A DNA stretch of 64,000 nt from Nitrosopumilus sp. (GCA_965238275.1 OZ250186.1:1312001-1376000), one strand, 5' to 3'. Numbered from the stretch's first letter, positions 19,862-30,763 are shown. Notes: generated by a model not told the origin, from the sequence alone. Program-made: numbers and translations.

Positions 19862-20919
19862 GGGTGGACCAGGCAGTAATAGTCATAGGTTCCTGCTTCG
19901 GTAAATCTAAACTCGTATGCAACCCCTCCATCAAACAGTCCAGAGTCAAACAGGTCTGTGAAGCCGCCATCCGGCGTACCTGAATTTACAGTATGCGCCA
20001 CATCGTCCTGGTTGTCCCATGATACGGTGGTGCCTACAGGCACATCGATGTTCTCCGGATCGTAGTAGATCTCATCGTCCTTGACGAATCCTGAACCTGG
20101 CGGAATCACAACCGTGACCGGCTCTTTTGGCTCCTCAATTATCAATACCGAGTCCATCCACGGATGCACCAGACAAAAGTAATCGTACTCTCCTATCTCC
20201 AGATCCGCCGTGTCCAGCGTGTACACCAGACCCGCACCCAGCAGGCTTGAGTCAAAGGTCTCGCCCACGTCATCTGTGGAAGTTACAGTGTGGATGACTG
20301 CGTCTGCGTTTGTCCATTCTATCAGGTAGCCCTGCGGCACTACTGCAACATCCGGAGCATAGTCCGGATTCCCGTCAACGTCTGAGCCCTCCAGAATCTC
20401 GATTGCAAAGACCGGGGCATTGGAGGCCTCCTCTTCAGGCTCCTCGATTAATATCTCCTGGGGAATCAGATATGTGTCCGGACTGACAAACCCGAAGGCA
20501 ACCCATACGATGATTCCCGTGGCTGCGGCAAGCCCCATTATCGTGCCCACCGGCTTTAGATACACCGGATACTTTGCTGCAATGTATGCTATGGCAATTG
20601 CCGGAAACGCGACTCCCATGAGGACTCCTGCCAACGTGGCAGTGTATACAGAGGTATTGAAGGTAAATGCGAATGTTCCAAACCCAAACATGATCGACAG
20701 GACTACCAGGGTAGTTGCCTTGGCCTTGTTGCTAGTCGATATTCCCCCGTCCAGGATCCCCACTGCAAGGAAGATCAGCCCCACAAACATGGTAAGGCCG
20801 GTAAGCGCATGCATGCCGTCGATGAACGTATGTGCTATGCCTGCATATGATATGGTAAGGCCTGCAATGCCTATGGCAGTCAGACCCATTCCTGGCATCA
20901 TCAGATCCCAATTACTCAT
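19831..20919 (-). CDS. Membrane protein with two C-terminal cupredoxin domains
   Basis: About 5 TM helices, then two HTV / YxCLVHPWM copper sites. Confidence 0.88.
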   Translation of the reverse strand: MSNWDLMMPGMGLTAIGIAGLTISYAGIAHTFIDGMHALTGLTMFVGLIFLAVGILDGGISTSNKAKATTLVVLSIMFGFGTFAFTFNTSVYTATLAGVLMGVAFPAIAIAYIAAKYPVYLKPVGTIMGLAAATGIIVWVAFGFVSPDTYLIPQEILIEEPEEEASNAPVFAIEILEGSDVDGNPDYAPDVAVVPQGYLIEWTNADAVIHTVTSTDDVGETFDSSLLGAGLVYTLDTADLEIGEYDYFCLVHPWMDSVLIIEEPKEPVTVVIPPGSGFVKDDEIYYDPENIDVPVGTTVSWDNQDDVAHTVNSGTPDGGFTDLFDSGLFDGGVAYEFRFTEAGTYDYYCLVHPWMVGTVTVG

Positions 20920-20975
20920 TTAGAATAGCTGGAATGGCTGATATACTTATTCGTTTTGAAATATAGGCGCTGCTA

Positions 20976-21813
20976 AGACACAGGTACCTAATTCTCGGTG
21001 TTAAACCGGGTACATGGGGGGGGAAAGTTATAACATCTTTGGCCCGAAATCGAGCGCATCGGCGTCCGTCAGTACAAGCCACGAGACGAGCACTGGAAAC
21101 GACACGATCGGCGCCAGTGGCGTGGTTTCCAATTCACGCGATCCAGGACGTGATGTGGGAGAACTCCCCCTCGTATTCGAGGTAGAGGGACGGTTTCAGG
21201 TTGTCATAGATCCATTCGCCGTACTTTTCCGCTTCCAATGGGGGCAAGTCAATCCGGACGTGAAGGTCGCCGCTTGTCGAGTCGCTATACAGCCAATAGC
21301 GGTTCAGCGCACCGTCCCAGACTGCAAAGCCGCTCTCACGCAGAGGAAAGTCCTGTTCCAGTGCCACGTCGATCATCTGCCTGATTTTCGGAACATCTGC
21401 CAGGTCCGTGTCGGTGACGCGCGTCACGGAACCTACAACGGATTCGGCTGCCGCGTCGGGGTCGATGAAGCGCGTCAGGACGATGCCCTCGGGGTTGGCA
21501 AAGAGCCCTCCTGAAACAGGAAAAACAAATACCAATACCGCCACGAAGGCAGTTGTTGCCAGGACGGCCAGTTTAACCTTCATGGTACCGTCCATTTCGC
21601 ACGGGGCGCGTGTGAAGTCGGAACGTGACTGCCTGTTGATGGCATGAAAAGCGGAAGATCCCTGAGATACAAATACTTGCCGCCCCTGATGCCGGCAAAT
21701 CTGCAAGTTCTGTCCAATCAAGTAACCAATAATGCAATCAGTTTTTGGTTATGGGGGACGTCATAACCTCCTCTGGTACCAGGTTTAACGCCGAGAATTA
21801 GGTACCTGTGTCT
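20976..21813. mobile_element. 838-bp non-autonomous TIR element with a cargo gene
   Basis: 38-bp TIRs (36/38 identical) at 20976-21013 and 21776-21813; TA on both flanks; no transposase. Confidence 0.85.
21134..21583 (-). CDS. Secreted/membrane-anchored hypothetical protein (cargo of the TIR element)
   Basis: MKVKLAVLATTAFVAVLVFVFP signal-like N-terminus; acidic mature part; alternative start at 21595. Confidence 0.65.
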   Translation of the reverse strand: MKVKLAVLATTAFVAVLVFVFPVSGGLFANPEGIVLTRFIDPDAAAESVVGSVTRVTDTDLADVPKIRQMIDVALEQDFPLRESGFAVWDGALNRYWLYSDSTSGDLHVRIDLPPLEAEKYGEWIYDNLKPSLYLEYEGEFSHITSWIA

Positions 21814-21995
21814 TAACAGAGCCGAAATATGCACAGCAGCAGCATTGCCGGCAGGGAACCACAGTTTCGTATGCCGTGCCGCCGGCCAGGCCCCTCGCGA
21901 ACTGGCACATGCATGTGTCATATGGCCGGAATGGTTCCCAAAACCCCCTGCACCCGACGAATAAATTAAATGGCTAGGAGTGGGACAGAGTAGGA

Positions 21996-22883
21996 TTGGG
22001 CCTTAATGAGATAGTGGAGATCTCCAAACCTCGAATTGTCGTTCTTTTGGTTATTACCGCCGTTACATCGATGTATGCTGCAAGCAGGCTGGTTGACGGC
22101 GTCCCTGAACTTGGCCCCTGGATGTACCTGCATATCATACTTGCAGGCGCCCTTGCATCTGCAGGCTCCAGCGCCCTGAACCACTACTATGACCGGGACA
22201 TTGATCCCATGATGAAGAGAACCAGCACAAGGCCCATCCCGTCAGGCCGGATGGCCCCGTCGCACGTACTGGCGTACGGCCTGGCCGTGAGCTGCGTGTC
22301 TGTGGTGTACGGGTATTTTGCACTGAATCCCGTGTCTGCATTCTTTATTGCAGTTGGGATATTCTCGTACGTGGTAGTGTACACGGTGTGGCTCAAGCGG
22401 CTAAACACGTCAAACATTGTAATCGGGGGCATTGCCGGCAGCGCCGCCTCCTGGGCCGGTTGGTCTGCAGCCACCGGAAGCCTGGATCTGCTGGGATTCC
22501 TGATCGGGTTCCTGGTGTTTGTCTGGACTCCGTCCCACTTTTGGTGCCTTGCAATGAAGATCAAAGACGAGTATGCCCAGGCAAACGTTCCGATGCTGCC
22601 TGTAGTGATTGGAATGCAAAAGACGTCCAAGTACATCCTGGGAAACACCATGATACTGCTGCCATTCTCCATGATACCCTCGCTCATTCCCGACGGGATG
22701 GGCCTGGTCTACACCGTAATTGCAGCAGTCTCAGGCGGCCTGATGCTTGCATACCACTACAAACTTACAAAAACCCCCACATCCGAGTTTGCATGGAAGG
22801 CATACAAGGTGACTGCCCCGTACCTTACGGTGATATTTGCAGCAGTCGCCCTTGATGCGGCGTTTCACATTCCGCTGATATAG
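21996..22883 (+). CDS. cyoE: Protoheme IX farnesyltransferase
   Basis: KPRIV, NHYYDRDID..M.RT..RPIPSG, WTPSHFW. Confidence 0.95.
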   Translation: MGLNEIVEISKPRIVVLLVITAVTSMYAASRLVDGVPELGPWMYLHIILAGALASAGSSALNHYYDRDIDPMMKRTSTRPIPSGRMAPSHVLAYGLAVSCVSVVYGYFALNPVSAFFIAVGIFSYVVVYTVWLKRLNTSNIVIGGIAGSAASWAGWSAATGSLDLLGFLIGFLVFVWTPSHFWCLAMKIKDEYAQANVPMLPVVIGMQKTSKYILGNTMILLPFSMIPSLIPDGMGLVYTVIAAVSGGLMLAYHYKLTKTPTSEFAWKAYKVTAPYLTVIFAAVALDAAFHIPLI

Positions 22884-22959
22884 TAGCCCTCTTGCAGGAA
22901 CTGCATGCCTTTGGCAGACAGGCAGGAATCACGCCATCTGATGCTGTTGCGTGTGTTGG

Positions 22960-23259
22960 CTACTTTTTAAAACCTGGAAAGCTGGCCTCGTAGTCCTTCT
23001 CTACTGCGATCCTGTTCTGCTCTGCAACCTCATCGACTTCGGCTTCTGCTGCTGCGTACCTTTCTATCCTGCGCTCGCCCTTTGTAATCCACGAGACCTT
23101 GATCAGCCCCATAATCTCAAGATCCAAAAGCAGCTTGTTGAATCTGTCTTCTGCCACCGCGTGGCCCCCCTTTGCCAGACTCTTGTAGAGTTCAGCATCG
23201 GTCATGGAGCCTGCCTCTACTATCTTGTCATTTACTATGTTTCGGAGCGGAATTGTCAT
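22960..23259 (-). CDS. Conserved hypothetical protein (wHTH-like)
   Basis: FNKLLLDLEIMGLIKV pattern; directly downstream of cdc48. Confidence 0.65.
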   Translation of the reverse strand: MTIPLRNIVNDKIVEAGSMTDAELYKSLAKGGHAVAEDRFNKLLLDLEIMGLIKVSWITKGERRIERYAAAEAEVDEVAEQNRIAVEKDYEASFPGFKK

Positions 23260-23261
23260 TT

Positions 23262-25430
23262 TTATCCATAAAATGCCTTATCCCCTGACTTGGGAACCAC
23301 ATTAGATATACCTTCCTTTACCGTGTTGTACCACCGGTCTACCTCCTTGGTGATTGACGGCCTGATGCGCTTGAGGCTGTTTGCAAAGTCCTGGCTGGTA
23401 ATCCTTGCAGAGTTGTTCTTCATTGCAGTGACTGCCGCCTCCCTGCACAGTGCTGCAAGATCCGCGCCCGTATAGTTCTGCGTGGCCACTGCTATCTCTG
23501 TGAGCTTTACGTCTGCTGCAAGCGGCATCTTTCCAGTGAGGATTTTGATGATCTCAAGCCGCCCCTTCTCGTCGGGCGGGGCCACGTACAGGGCAAGATC
23601 CAGCCTTCCGGTTCTCAGCAGCGAGTTGTCCAGCACGTCTGGCCTGTTTGTGATGCCAATCACGATCACCCTTGAGGTGACTCCCTCCTCGATCTCCGTG
23701 AGCAGCTGGCTTAAAACGGTCTCGCCTACCCCGCCCTCGCCTGATTTGTAGCGCGCCAGGGAGTCAAGCTCGTCAAACACCACAACGCACGGCGAGGACA
23801 TCCTTGCCTTTCTGAATATTCCCCTTATGGCCTTCTCAGACTCTCCTATCCATTTTGAGAGTATCTCAGGACCCCTTACCAGGATCATGTTTGCCCCGCT
23901 TTCAGTGGCAAACGCCCTTGCAATGAGCGTCTTTCCGCACCCGGGCGGTCCGTAGATCAGGGCGCCTCTTGGAGGCCTGATGCCGATTCTTGTAAACTTG
24001 CCCGGATCCTTCATGGCCACTGCCAGGTTGTCTGTCAGGGAGTCCTTGATGGCATCAAGCCCCCCGATATCCTGCCACATGACCTTTGATCTCTCGACGT
24101 AAAACTCCCTCATTGCAGTGGGAATGACCTCCTGCATTGCGTCATAAAAGTCGGCAATCTGTATCTGCATAGACTGGAGCACCTCTGATGAGATCCTGTC
24201 CGTCTCCAAGTCGATCTCCGGCAGATACCTCCTGATGGACTTCATTGCAGCCTCCCTGCACAGCGACTTGATGTCTGCGCCCGTGTACCCGTGCAGCTCT
24301 GCTGCCAGATTCTTCAAGTCGACATCCTCGCCTATGGGCATCCCCCTCGTGTGAATCAGGATGATCTCAAGCCTGCCGTCCTCGTTTGGTACGGATATCT
24401 CAAACTCCCTGTCAAACCTGCCGGGCCTTCTCAGGGCCGGATCCACGCTGTCGGGCCTGTTTGTGGCGCCAAGCACGATTACATTGCCCCTGTCGTTGAG
24501 GCCGTCCATCAGGGCAAGCAGCTGGGCCACAACCCGCTTTTCTACATCCCCGTAGGCCTCCTCCCTCTTTGGCGCAATCGCGTCTATCTCATCGATAAAG
24601 ATGATGCTCGGAGAGCCGTCCTTGGCCTCCTTGAAGATGTCCCGCAGCCTGGCTTCTGTCTCCCCGTAGTACTTGTTCATTATCTCCGGGCCGTTTATCA
24701 GGAACATGTTGGCCTCTGACTCGCTTGCAAGAACCTTTGCAAGAAGGGTCTTTCCGCATCCGGGGGGTCCGTACAGAAGAATCCCGCTGTGCGGCTCGAC
24801 TCCAAGCCTCGAGAACAGCTCCGGATGCCTCAGGGGCAGCTCCACTATCTCCCTCATTGCCTTGACCTTGTGCCGCAGTCCTCCCACCTCCTCGTATGTC
24901 ACCCTGACCTTCCTGTCGACTGCCGACTCTGTTGAGATGGACAGGCCGGTGGCGCGGTCTATCCTTACAACCCCCTTCGGGGTGGTCTTGGCAATCTTAA
25001 AGTCCATGGAGTTGCCCAGAATCATAACCGATATCTCATCCCCCTGTGTTATGGGAAGTCCCTTGAGCCTGTTCTTTACAAAGTCTGTAAACTCCTTGTC
25101 CACCGTAACTGTATCGTTTACCGGCGTCAGGGATACTGTCTTTGCAGTCTTTGCCACAGACTTTTTAATCCCTACAAAATCGTTTAGCGCGGCCCCCACG
25201 TTCTTTCTTGTCTGGCCGTCCATCCTGATGATGTCCTGAAACTTTTCATCCTCGTCGACAGGCCAGACCACCACGCAGCTGGACTTTGAGCCTATAATCT
25301 CCATGATGTCTCCCGGTGTAACGTGGAGATGATCCATTGCCTGCGGGCCTATCCTTGCCCGTTTCTTGCCCACGTCCCTCTGCTTGGCCTCTCCGACTCT
25401 CATCTGCAAAGGTTCATCCTCGCGCACCAA
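23262..25430 (-). CDS. cdc48: CDC48/VCP-family AAA ATPase
   Basis: N domain plus two AAA modules (GPPGCGKT x2, RRPGRFD). Confidence 0.95.
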   Translation of the reverse strand: MVREDEPLQMRVGEAKQRDVGKKRARIGPQAMDHLHVTPGDIMEIIGSKSSCVVVWPVDEDEKFQDIIRMDGQTRKNVGAALNDFVGIKKSVAKTAKTVSLTPVNDTVTVDKEFTDFVKNRLKGLPITQGDEISVMILGNSMDFKIAKTTPKGVVRIDRATGLSISTESAVDRKVRVTYEEVGGLRHKVKAMREIVELPLRHPELFSRLGVEPHSGILLYGPPGCGKTLLAKVLASESEANMFLINGPEIMNKYYGETEARLRDIFKEAKDGSPSIIFIDEIDAIAPKREEAYGDVEKRVVAQLLALMDGLNDRGNVIVLGATNRPDSVDPALRRPGRFDREFEISVPNEDGRLEIILIHTRGMPIGEDVDLKNLAAELHGYTGADIKSLCREAAMKSIRRYLPEIDLETDRISSEVLQSMQIQIADFYDAMQEVIPTAMREFYVERSKVMWQDIGGLDAIKDSLTDNLAVAMKDPGKFTRIGIRPPRGALIYGPPGCGKTLIARAFATESGANMILVRGPEILSKWIGESEKAIRGIFRKARMSSPCVVVFDELDSLARYKSGEGGVGETVLSQLLTEIEEGVTSRVIVIGITNRPDVLDNSLLRTGRLDLALYVAPPDEKGRLEIIKILTGKMPLAADVKLTEIAVATQNYTGADLAALCREAAVTAMKNNSARITSQDFANSLKRIRPSITKEVDRWYNTVKEGISNVVPKSGDKAFYG

Positions 25431-25438
25431 GAAATCAC

Positions 25439-25720
25439 CTATTTCATGTCGACTGACATCCGACTCATGTTGAGCACCTCAAACTCGCTCACACCCTCAG
25501 ACGCCCTCACTGCATTCTCCAACAAGTCCATCTGACCTTCGCTGTCATCTAGGATAAATTCTGCCTTAAGAAACTCCAGCCCGAATGCCAAGGGCTCCTT
25601 TTGATACCTCCTCATGGTAATCTTTTCGCTGAGCGAGGACTTGATTGACTCTGCCATCCTGTCAAGATCTACGTCCGTTCCGGTGGGAAGAACCTTTGTA
25701 ACAAGCAGCAGACTTGCCAT
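25439..25720 (-). CDS. ef1b: Elongation factor 1-beta
   Basis: KVLP..VDLD, EPLAFGL motif; follows the DUF1610 gene. Confidence 0.9.
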   Translation of the reverse strand: MASLLLVTKVLPTGTDVDLDRMAESIKSSLSEKITMRRYQKEPLAFGLEFLKAEFILDDSEGQMDLLENAVRASEGVSEFEVLNMSRMSVDMK

Positions 25721-25724
25721 GTCT

Positions 25725-25907
25725 TCACGGCCCCTGGAAGCTGCACGCGGTACAAGAGTACCCCCTTGCAGCATCTCTGCAGCTTTGGCACCTCCAAATT
25801 AGATCCGACCCGCAGTCCGGGCAGTTGAACTTGACGCACTTGTCATTGGGCATGATGTGCCTCAGACAACAACTGCATCTTGGAAGGGATATGGTAGACG
25901 ACGACAT
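25725..25907 (-). CDS. DUF1610 (HVO_2753-like) zinc-finger protein
   Basis: Four CxxC motifs, F.CPDCG, C-terminal F.GP. Confidence 0.88.
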   Translation of the reverse strand: MSSSTISLPRCSCCLRHIMPNDKCVKFNCPDCGSDLIWRCQSCRDAARGYSCTACSFQGP

Positions 25908-25929
25908 GTTATGAAAAAATCCCCAAACT

Positions 25930-27087
25930 TCATTTATACCTTCCTTGCATCTCCCGAATGCCGCTTCTGAACCTGCTGCCGGCTATGGCACCGACTGCCT
26001 TGGCAGTGCCCCTTGCACCAAGCAGCCTTGCAATCGAGACTGCATGAAAGTCAAAGCCGTCGCTGCCTGAGATCTCGCTGATGACTTTTGGCGTGACTGC
26101 CTCGAAGAGTTTGTTGATGGTCTTGTTGTCAAGTCCCTCCAGCATGTTTCTTGCAAGAACCTGCCTTTGAAACTCGTCTCCAAACCTCCCGGTCCACTCC
26201 TTCTGGTACCGGGCAAGCTTGTCCCTCTGGCCCGTGGCCAGAAACCCTGACACGGCCCTGCCTGCAAGAATTCCTCCCATTCCCCCGGTAAATATTCCGC
26301 CTGCAGTCGTGGGCTTTGCCTGCCCTGCAGCATCCCCGACAATCACAGTATTGCCCTCTACAAAGTTGCCGATGGGGCCCCTTACCCATATCGGGGCAAA
26401 GATCTTCCTGACAGTCGAGGAGCATCCGCCCTTCTCACTGACGAGATCGTCTAGTACCCTGCCTGCATTGATGCCCCTTCCTGCAACGCCAATCTTTCCC
26501 CTTCCGTTCTCGGATGGAATCACCCATGAAAAGAATCCCGGGAACCTCATCTGGTCAAAGAACACCTGAACCTCCCCCTTTCTTATCCAGTCTGCGTACA
26601 CCTCGTACTGTGCAGATGCAAGCACCCCTGTCTTGTCCCTGTGGATTGCCGAGGATATTCCCCTGGCATCCACCAGAATCCTGCACCCTATCTCCTCTTC
26701 CTTGGTCCTCACCCCGGCCTCTGTAACCTCCTGGAGGCTCGTCCTGACGCGGATCTCGGCCCCGCTTCTCCGGGCCTGCAGCGCTACCTGCTTGTCAAGT
26801 TCCCTCCTGCTTATCTCAAGCACGTTCTGCCTGCCAGAATCCACCGTGAAGCTCCGGCCGTTTGGAGCCGTGAATTTTGCCGTCGTTATGGCATGACCCA
26901 GTACCCTCCTAAACGGAATTATTCCCAGCTCCTCCAGTCCTGCACTGCTCACCAGGCCGCCACAGTGCTCCGGCGTTCCAACCTCGTAGTCCTCCTCTAT
27001 TACAAGCACGTCGAATCCTGCAGAGGCTATCTCCCTTGCGCACAGCAGTCCTGCAATGCTTCCGCCTGCCACCACTACATCATACAT
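25930..27087 (-). CDS. Geranylgeranyl reductase-family FAD oxidoreductase
   Basis: YDVVVAGG..AG, CGG, VGDAAGQ.KP..AGGI. Confidence 0.85.
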   Translation of the reverse strand: MYDVVVAGGSIAGLLCAREIASAGFDVLVIEEDYEVGTPEHCGGLVSSAGLEELGIIPFRRVLGHAITTAKFTAPNGRSFTVDSGRQNVLEISRRELDKQVALQARRSGAEIRVRTSLQEVTEAGVRTKEEEIGCRILVDARGISSAIHRDKTGVLASAQYEVYADWIRKGEVQVFFDQMRFPGFFSWVIPSENGRGKIGVAGRGINAGRVLDDLVSEKGGCSSTVRKIFAPIWVRGPIGNFVEGNTVIVGDAAGQAKPTTAGGIFTGGMGGILAGRAVSGFLATGQRDKLARYQKEWTGRFGDEFQRQVLARNMLEGLDNKTINKLFEAVTPKVISEISGSDGFDFHAVSIARLLGARGTAKAVGAIAGSRFRSGIREMQGRYK

Positions 27088-27154
27088 GGGTCTGCTATAC
27101 CTGCCAATTATTTAATTCAAAAGTTTTTCAACAGGCGCAATGTCTCATTACCGT

Positions 27155-27508
27155 ATGGGGGAAGTCAAACAGGTAATAGTGGTGCGGACTGATCTTGACA
27201 TGGGGCGCGGAAAGATAGCAGCACAGGTGGGACATGCGTGCGTCATGGGCGCAGAGCACGTCAGGCGGTCGCACCCCGACTGGCATGCCGCCTGGTGGGG
27301 GTCGCAGGCAAAGGTGGTCCTCAAGGTGTCAAGCCTCAAGGAACTGCACCAGATAAGGATGCATGCAGTTGATGCGAATCTGCCCTGGTCCGAGGTGAGC
27401 GATGCCGGACACACCCAGCTGGCACCTGGCACGACTACCTGCATCTCGATAGGGCCCGCCCCCGAGGACATGATAGACAGGGTTACTGGGAATCTCAAAC
27501 TCCTCTGA
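27155..27508 (+). CDS. pth2: Peptidyl-tRNA hydrolase 2
   Basis: KQVIVVRTDL.MGRGKIAAQVGHA, DAGHTQ, IGPAP. Confidence 0.95.
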   Translation: MGEVKQVIVVRTDLDMGRGKIAAQVGHACVMGAEHVRRSHPDWHAAWWGSQAKVVLKVSSLKELHQIRMHAVDANLPWSEVSDAGHTQLAPGTTTCISIGPAPEDMIDRVTGNLKLL

Positions 27509-27619
27509 CCACACCCTCTCATGCAGTACGAATCCCTCCGTGGCGTGCCCGGGCAAATCCCGAATCTGGGTGCCCTGCTGCTGCTGTCGTCGTCGTCCTC
27601 TTGAAGAAATATTAACAGT

Positions 27620-29458
27620 ATGAACCCAGTTGGTTCTGTGAAGAGAAGAACCAAGGGAATACTTGCATTTCTATTTTTGGGCGGGCTCATGGTGACCTCC
27701 GGTGTGACAATTGCCATACAGGGAATCGATCCGCTAGACGAGAAGCGGACATTTATCCAGAGCCTCACCCCTTGGGAGATAGAAAAATACCTGTACCGCG
27801 TCTGGCTCCAGGAACAGGCAGATATCGAAAGCCTTACCACCTCGGACAGATATACCGAGTACGGCATCTGGCGGAGTTCGGAAAGTATTGAGGACTCCCT
27901 CCCCTGCACACCTGACTCCCCGGAGGATATCTGCGACCTGAAACAAATAACCCCCGATGATCTTACCCCCGCATACTATTACACAAATGAGCAGCGTCCG
28001 CAGTTTTGCGGATCCTCGATTGCAAGATCGACAGACTATGTCCAAGAGTTCTCCATTCCGACTGCCTGCACGAATCCCCTGGGAATCGTCACCGACTATG
28101 ATGGAAACGTCTGGTTTGCCCAGACCAACACGGGCCGCATGGCAATGTTTGATCCCATTACAGAGACGTTTACCGAGTATGACAACCCGGTGTGGCCGCC
28201 GGGCACGCGCTCCATGATGTGGGGGGCAGACTATTCCCCTGACGGCTATGTCTGGTATACCGATGATGCCTCTGACTCCATATGGAGGTTCTCGCCTGCA
28301 AGCGGGCAGTATGAGAGGCTGGGATATCCGTCCGAGACAGACTCCCTTCCGCAGCGGCTCGTCGTTGACGGCTCCCAGATAATAATAAACGACTTTACAG
28401 GCAACAAGCTCACGCTGCTGACCACGTCTCCGGACATTGGGGAGATAAGATACGTCAACGTCCCGTCACCCTTCGACAACTCCCAGACTGCAGACTTTGC
28501 AGTTGCTCCGGACAACAGCGTGTGGTTTACAACCTGGTCCCTGCAGTCAGGCGGGGTGCTGACAAAGTTTGATCAGGACAGCTATGCCGAGTCCACTGCA
28601 AACCCTGACAACATACCACTCCCGACGTCCTACTTTATGGAGATATTTGCATTTCCAGAAAACATGCTTACGCCAAACGGGGCTGCCTTTACCGCCGATG
28701 GAACCCTGTGGCTTGCAGACACCACGTCCTCGTCATTTTACAGCTTTGATCCCTCCACGGAACGGTTCACCCAGTATGTCACTGCCGACCCGCTTCCCGG
28801 CACATACGGGAACCACACCGGCATTGTCAAGTCCCCGATATCCCGCCCGTACTGGATCCAAGCCGACGAGACGGGAAACCTCGTCTTCAACTCCCAAAAC
28901 TCAAACAACCTCTCGGTGATGAATCCCGCACTCCAGACGCTTGTGGAGTACCACGTCCCCTCAAAGAATCCCCACTGGGCCGACTGTTCCCCTGGGAACG
29001 GCACCCTGATAGCCGACTGCGGACTTGCACAGATCTTTGATTTTACCGTACACGGCAAGAATATCTGGTTTACAGAATGGGTGGAAAACAACATCGGAGT
29101 GGTGGACACCTCCGTCCCGCTGCCGTTTGACATACAGACAGACAAGCAGACAGTGATTCTCCCCCCGGGAGAGGCTGCCACTGTTAACTTGCAGGTGACC
29201 ACCAGCAGCAGCAGCAGCAGCAGCATGTCAGAGGATGCCGTCGACGGTTCCCTGGTCCTGTCAGGCACGCACGACTTTATCACCGTCGGGCATGAGGCAG
29301 GCTCCGATACACTCAAACTCTTCCCCGGGGGAGAGGTCTCAATTGTTGTCGATATCACCGCCTCTGATGATGCCGTACCGGGCACATACAAGGTGCTGCT
29401 TGGAGTGCAGTCCCCTGATGTTGCCGTGGGCAAGTTTGTTACAGTGACTGTCCAGTGA
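27620..29458 (+). CDS. Membrane-anchored Vgb-like (virginiamycin B lyase) beta-propeller protein
   Basis: Repeated DG.VWF/Y blades, N-terminal TM, Ig-like C-terminus; poly-Ser from (AGC)7 at 29204-29224. Confidence 0.75.
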   Translation: MNPVGSVKRRTKGILAFLFLGGLMVTSGVTIAIQGIDPLDEKRTFIQSLTPWEIEKYLYRVWLQEQADIESLTTSDRYTEYGIWRSSESIEDSLPCTPDSPEDICDLKQITPDDLTPAYYYTNEQRPQFCGSSIARSTDYVQEFSIPTACTNPLGIVTDYDGNVWFAQTNTGRMAMFDPITETFTEYDNPVWPPGTRSMMWGADYSPDGYVWYTDDASDSIWRFSPASGQYERLGYPSETDSLPQRLVVDGSQIIINDFTGNKLTLLTTSPDIGEIRYVNVPSPFDNSQTADFAVAPDNSVWFTTWSLQSGGVLTKFDQDSYAESTANPDNIPLPTSYFMEIFAFPENMLTPNGAAFTADGTLWLADTTSSSFYSFDPSTERFTQYVTADPLPGTYGNHTGIVKSPISRPYWIQADETGNLVFNSQNSNNLSVMNPALQTLVEYHVPSKNPHWADCSPGNGTLIADCGLAQIFDFTVHGKNIWFTEWVENNIGVVDTSVPLPFDIQTDKQTVILPPGEAATVNLQVTTSSSSSSSMSEDAVDGSLVLSGTHDFITVGHEAGSDTLKLFPGGEVSIVVDITASDDAVPGTYKVLLGVQSPDVAVGKFVTVTVQ

Positions 29459-30654
29459 TTCCGGCCATCGACTCTGATATAGGAATATCCGTCTACAGCA
29501 CCGGGTTTGGCGGAATCGGGGGAAGAATTCGTGCCAAACCCGAGGATTTTGCAGTCTCCGAGGTGATATCTGCAAGGGCGCAGGAATCAATCCTGGATAC
29601 AGGAGCCTATGCCGTATACCTGCTGAAAAAGAGCAGGATGGATACCCGCCATGCCCTCTCTGACATCCTCAGGAGAAAGGGGATCCGTCTAAAGTCGCTG
29701 GGACTCAAGGACGCGTCTGCGGTGACTGAGCAGACAGTATGCTCCACGAGAAGGGGAACGGCAATTGCAGACTTTGCAACTGACAGATACTCCCTCAAGG
29801 CGGCAGGCTACTCCCCAAGGCCGCTTTCAAGCAGGGACATGACATCAAACCGCTTTACGATAAGGATCACCGGTTGTGCAGACGGGCTGCCCATGTTTGA
29901 CGGGCATGACCGGGTTCTGAATTTTTACGGGTACCAGCGCTTTGGCTCCAGCCGGCCGGTGACCCATCTGATAGGAAAGGCGATCCTGCAGAGGGACTTT
30001 GGCAAGGCCGTCAGGCTGGTACTGGCATTTGTATCCCCGTACGAGTCCAAGAAGGATGATGCCAGGATCCGATGCGAGCTTGCAGACGAGGCAAACTACG
30101 AGAGGATGCTCAGGGAGATTCCGTCCTGGATGGATGTGGAGGGGGCGGTCCTTCGGGAGATGATCCGGCACGGGGATGCCCGCCGCGCAGTACGGGCCAT
30201 TCCGCTGTCCCTGCGCAGGCTCTACGTCCGGGCATACCAGTCATTCATCTTCAACAAGTCCCTGAGCATGGCATGTCTGGACGGGCAGGACCTCTTTGAG
30301 GCGCGGGACGGCGACATATGCTATGATGCAGGCGGAACGATACGGAGGCATGACGGGGGGCAGGGCATGCGCCTGGCCATGCCGTTTGTGGGATATTCCT
30401 ACTACAAAAAGACGAGGTTCGACCCCCAGATATTCATGGTGCTTGACTCCGAGGGGGTTGCCCCCAAGGACTTCTTCATAAAAGAGATGCAGGAGGTAAG
30501 CGACCAGGGAGGGTTCAGGCAGGCGGCCATATGCTGCTCGGACTATCATGCAGATGCCTCCACGGTGGGCTTTTCGCTCTCGCGTGGATCCTTTGCCACG
30601 ATACTGCTGCGCGAGATAATGAAGCCCGAGGATCCGATTGCAGCCGGGTTCTAG
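29455..30654 (+). CDS. truD: tRNA pseudouridine(13) synthase
   Basis: PEDF.VSE, GLKD..AVT.Q, NFYGYQRFG, GSFATILLRE. Confidence 0.93.
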   Translation: MIPAIDSDIGISVYSTGFGGIGGRIRAKPEDFAVSEVISARAQESILDTGAYAVYLLKKSRMDTRHALSDILRRKGIRLKSLGLKDASAVTEQTVCSTRRGTAIADFATDRYSLKAAGYSPRPLSSRDMTSNRFTIRITGCADGLPMFDGHDRVLNFYGYQRFGSSRPVTHLIGKAILQRDFGKAVRLVLAFVSPYESKKDDARIRCELADEANYERMLREIPSWMDVEGAVLREMIRHGDARRAVRAIPLSLRRLYVRAYQSFIFNKSLSMACLDGQDLFEARDGDICYDAGGTIRRHDGGQGMRLAMPFVGYSYYKKTRFDPQIFMVLDSEGVAPKDFFIKEMQEVSDQGGFRQAAICCSDYHADASTVGFSLSRGSFATILLREIMKPEDPIAAGF

Positions 30655-30660
30655 GCAAGC

Positions 30661-30684
30661 CAACACCAACACCAACACCAACAC
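30661..30684. repeat. (CAACAC)4 repeat
   Basis: Immediately after the truD stop. Confidence 0.85.
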
Positions 30685-30763
30685 CATCTCCTGCATGTGC
30701 AACCTGCCTGCACATGTCTGCCATCCTTTAAGTTACCGTACCGTCCTATTAGTAATGATTCCA

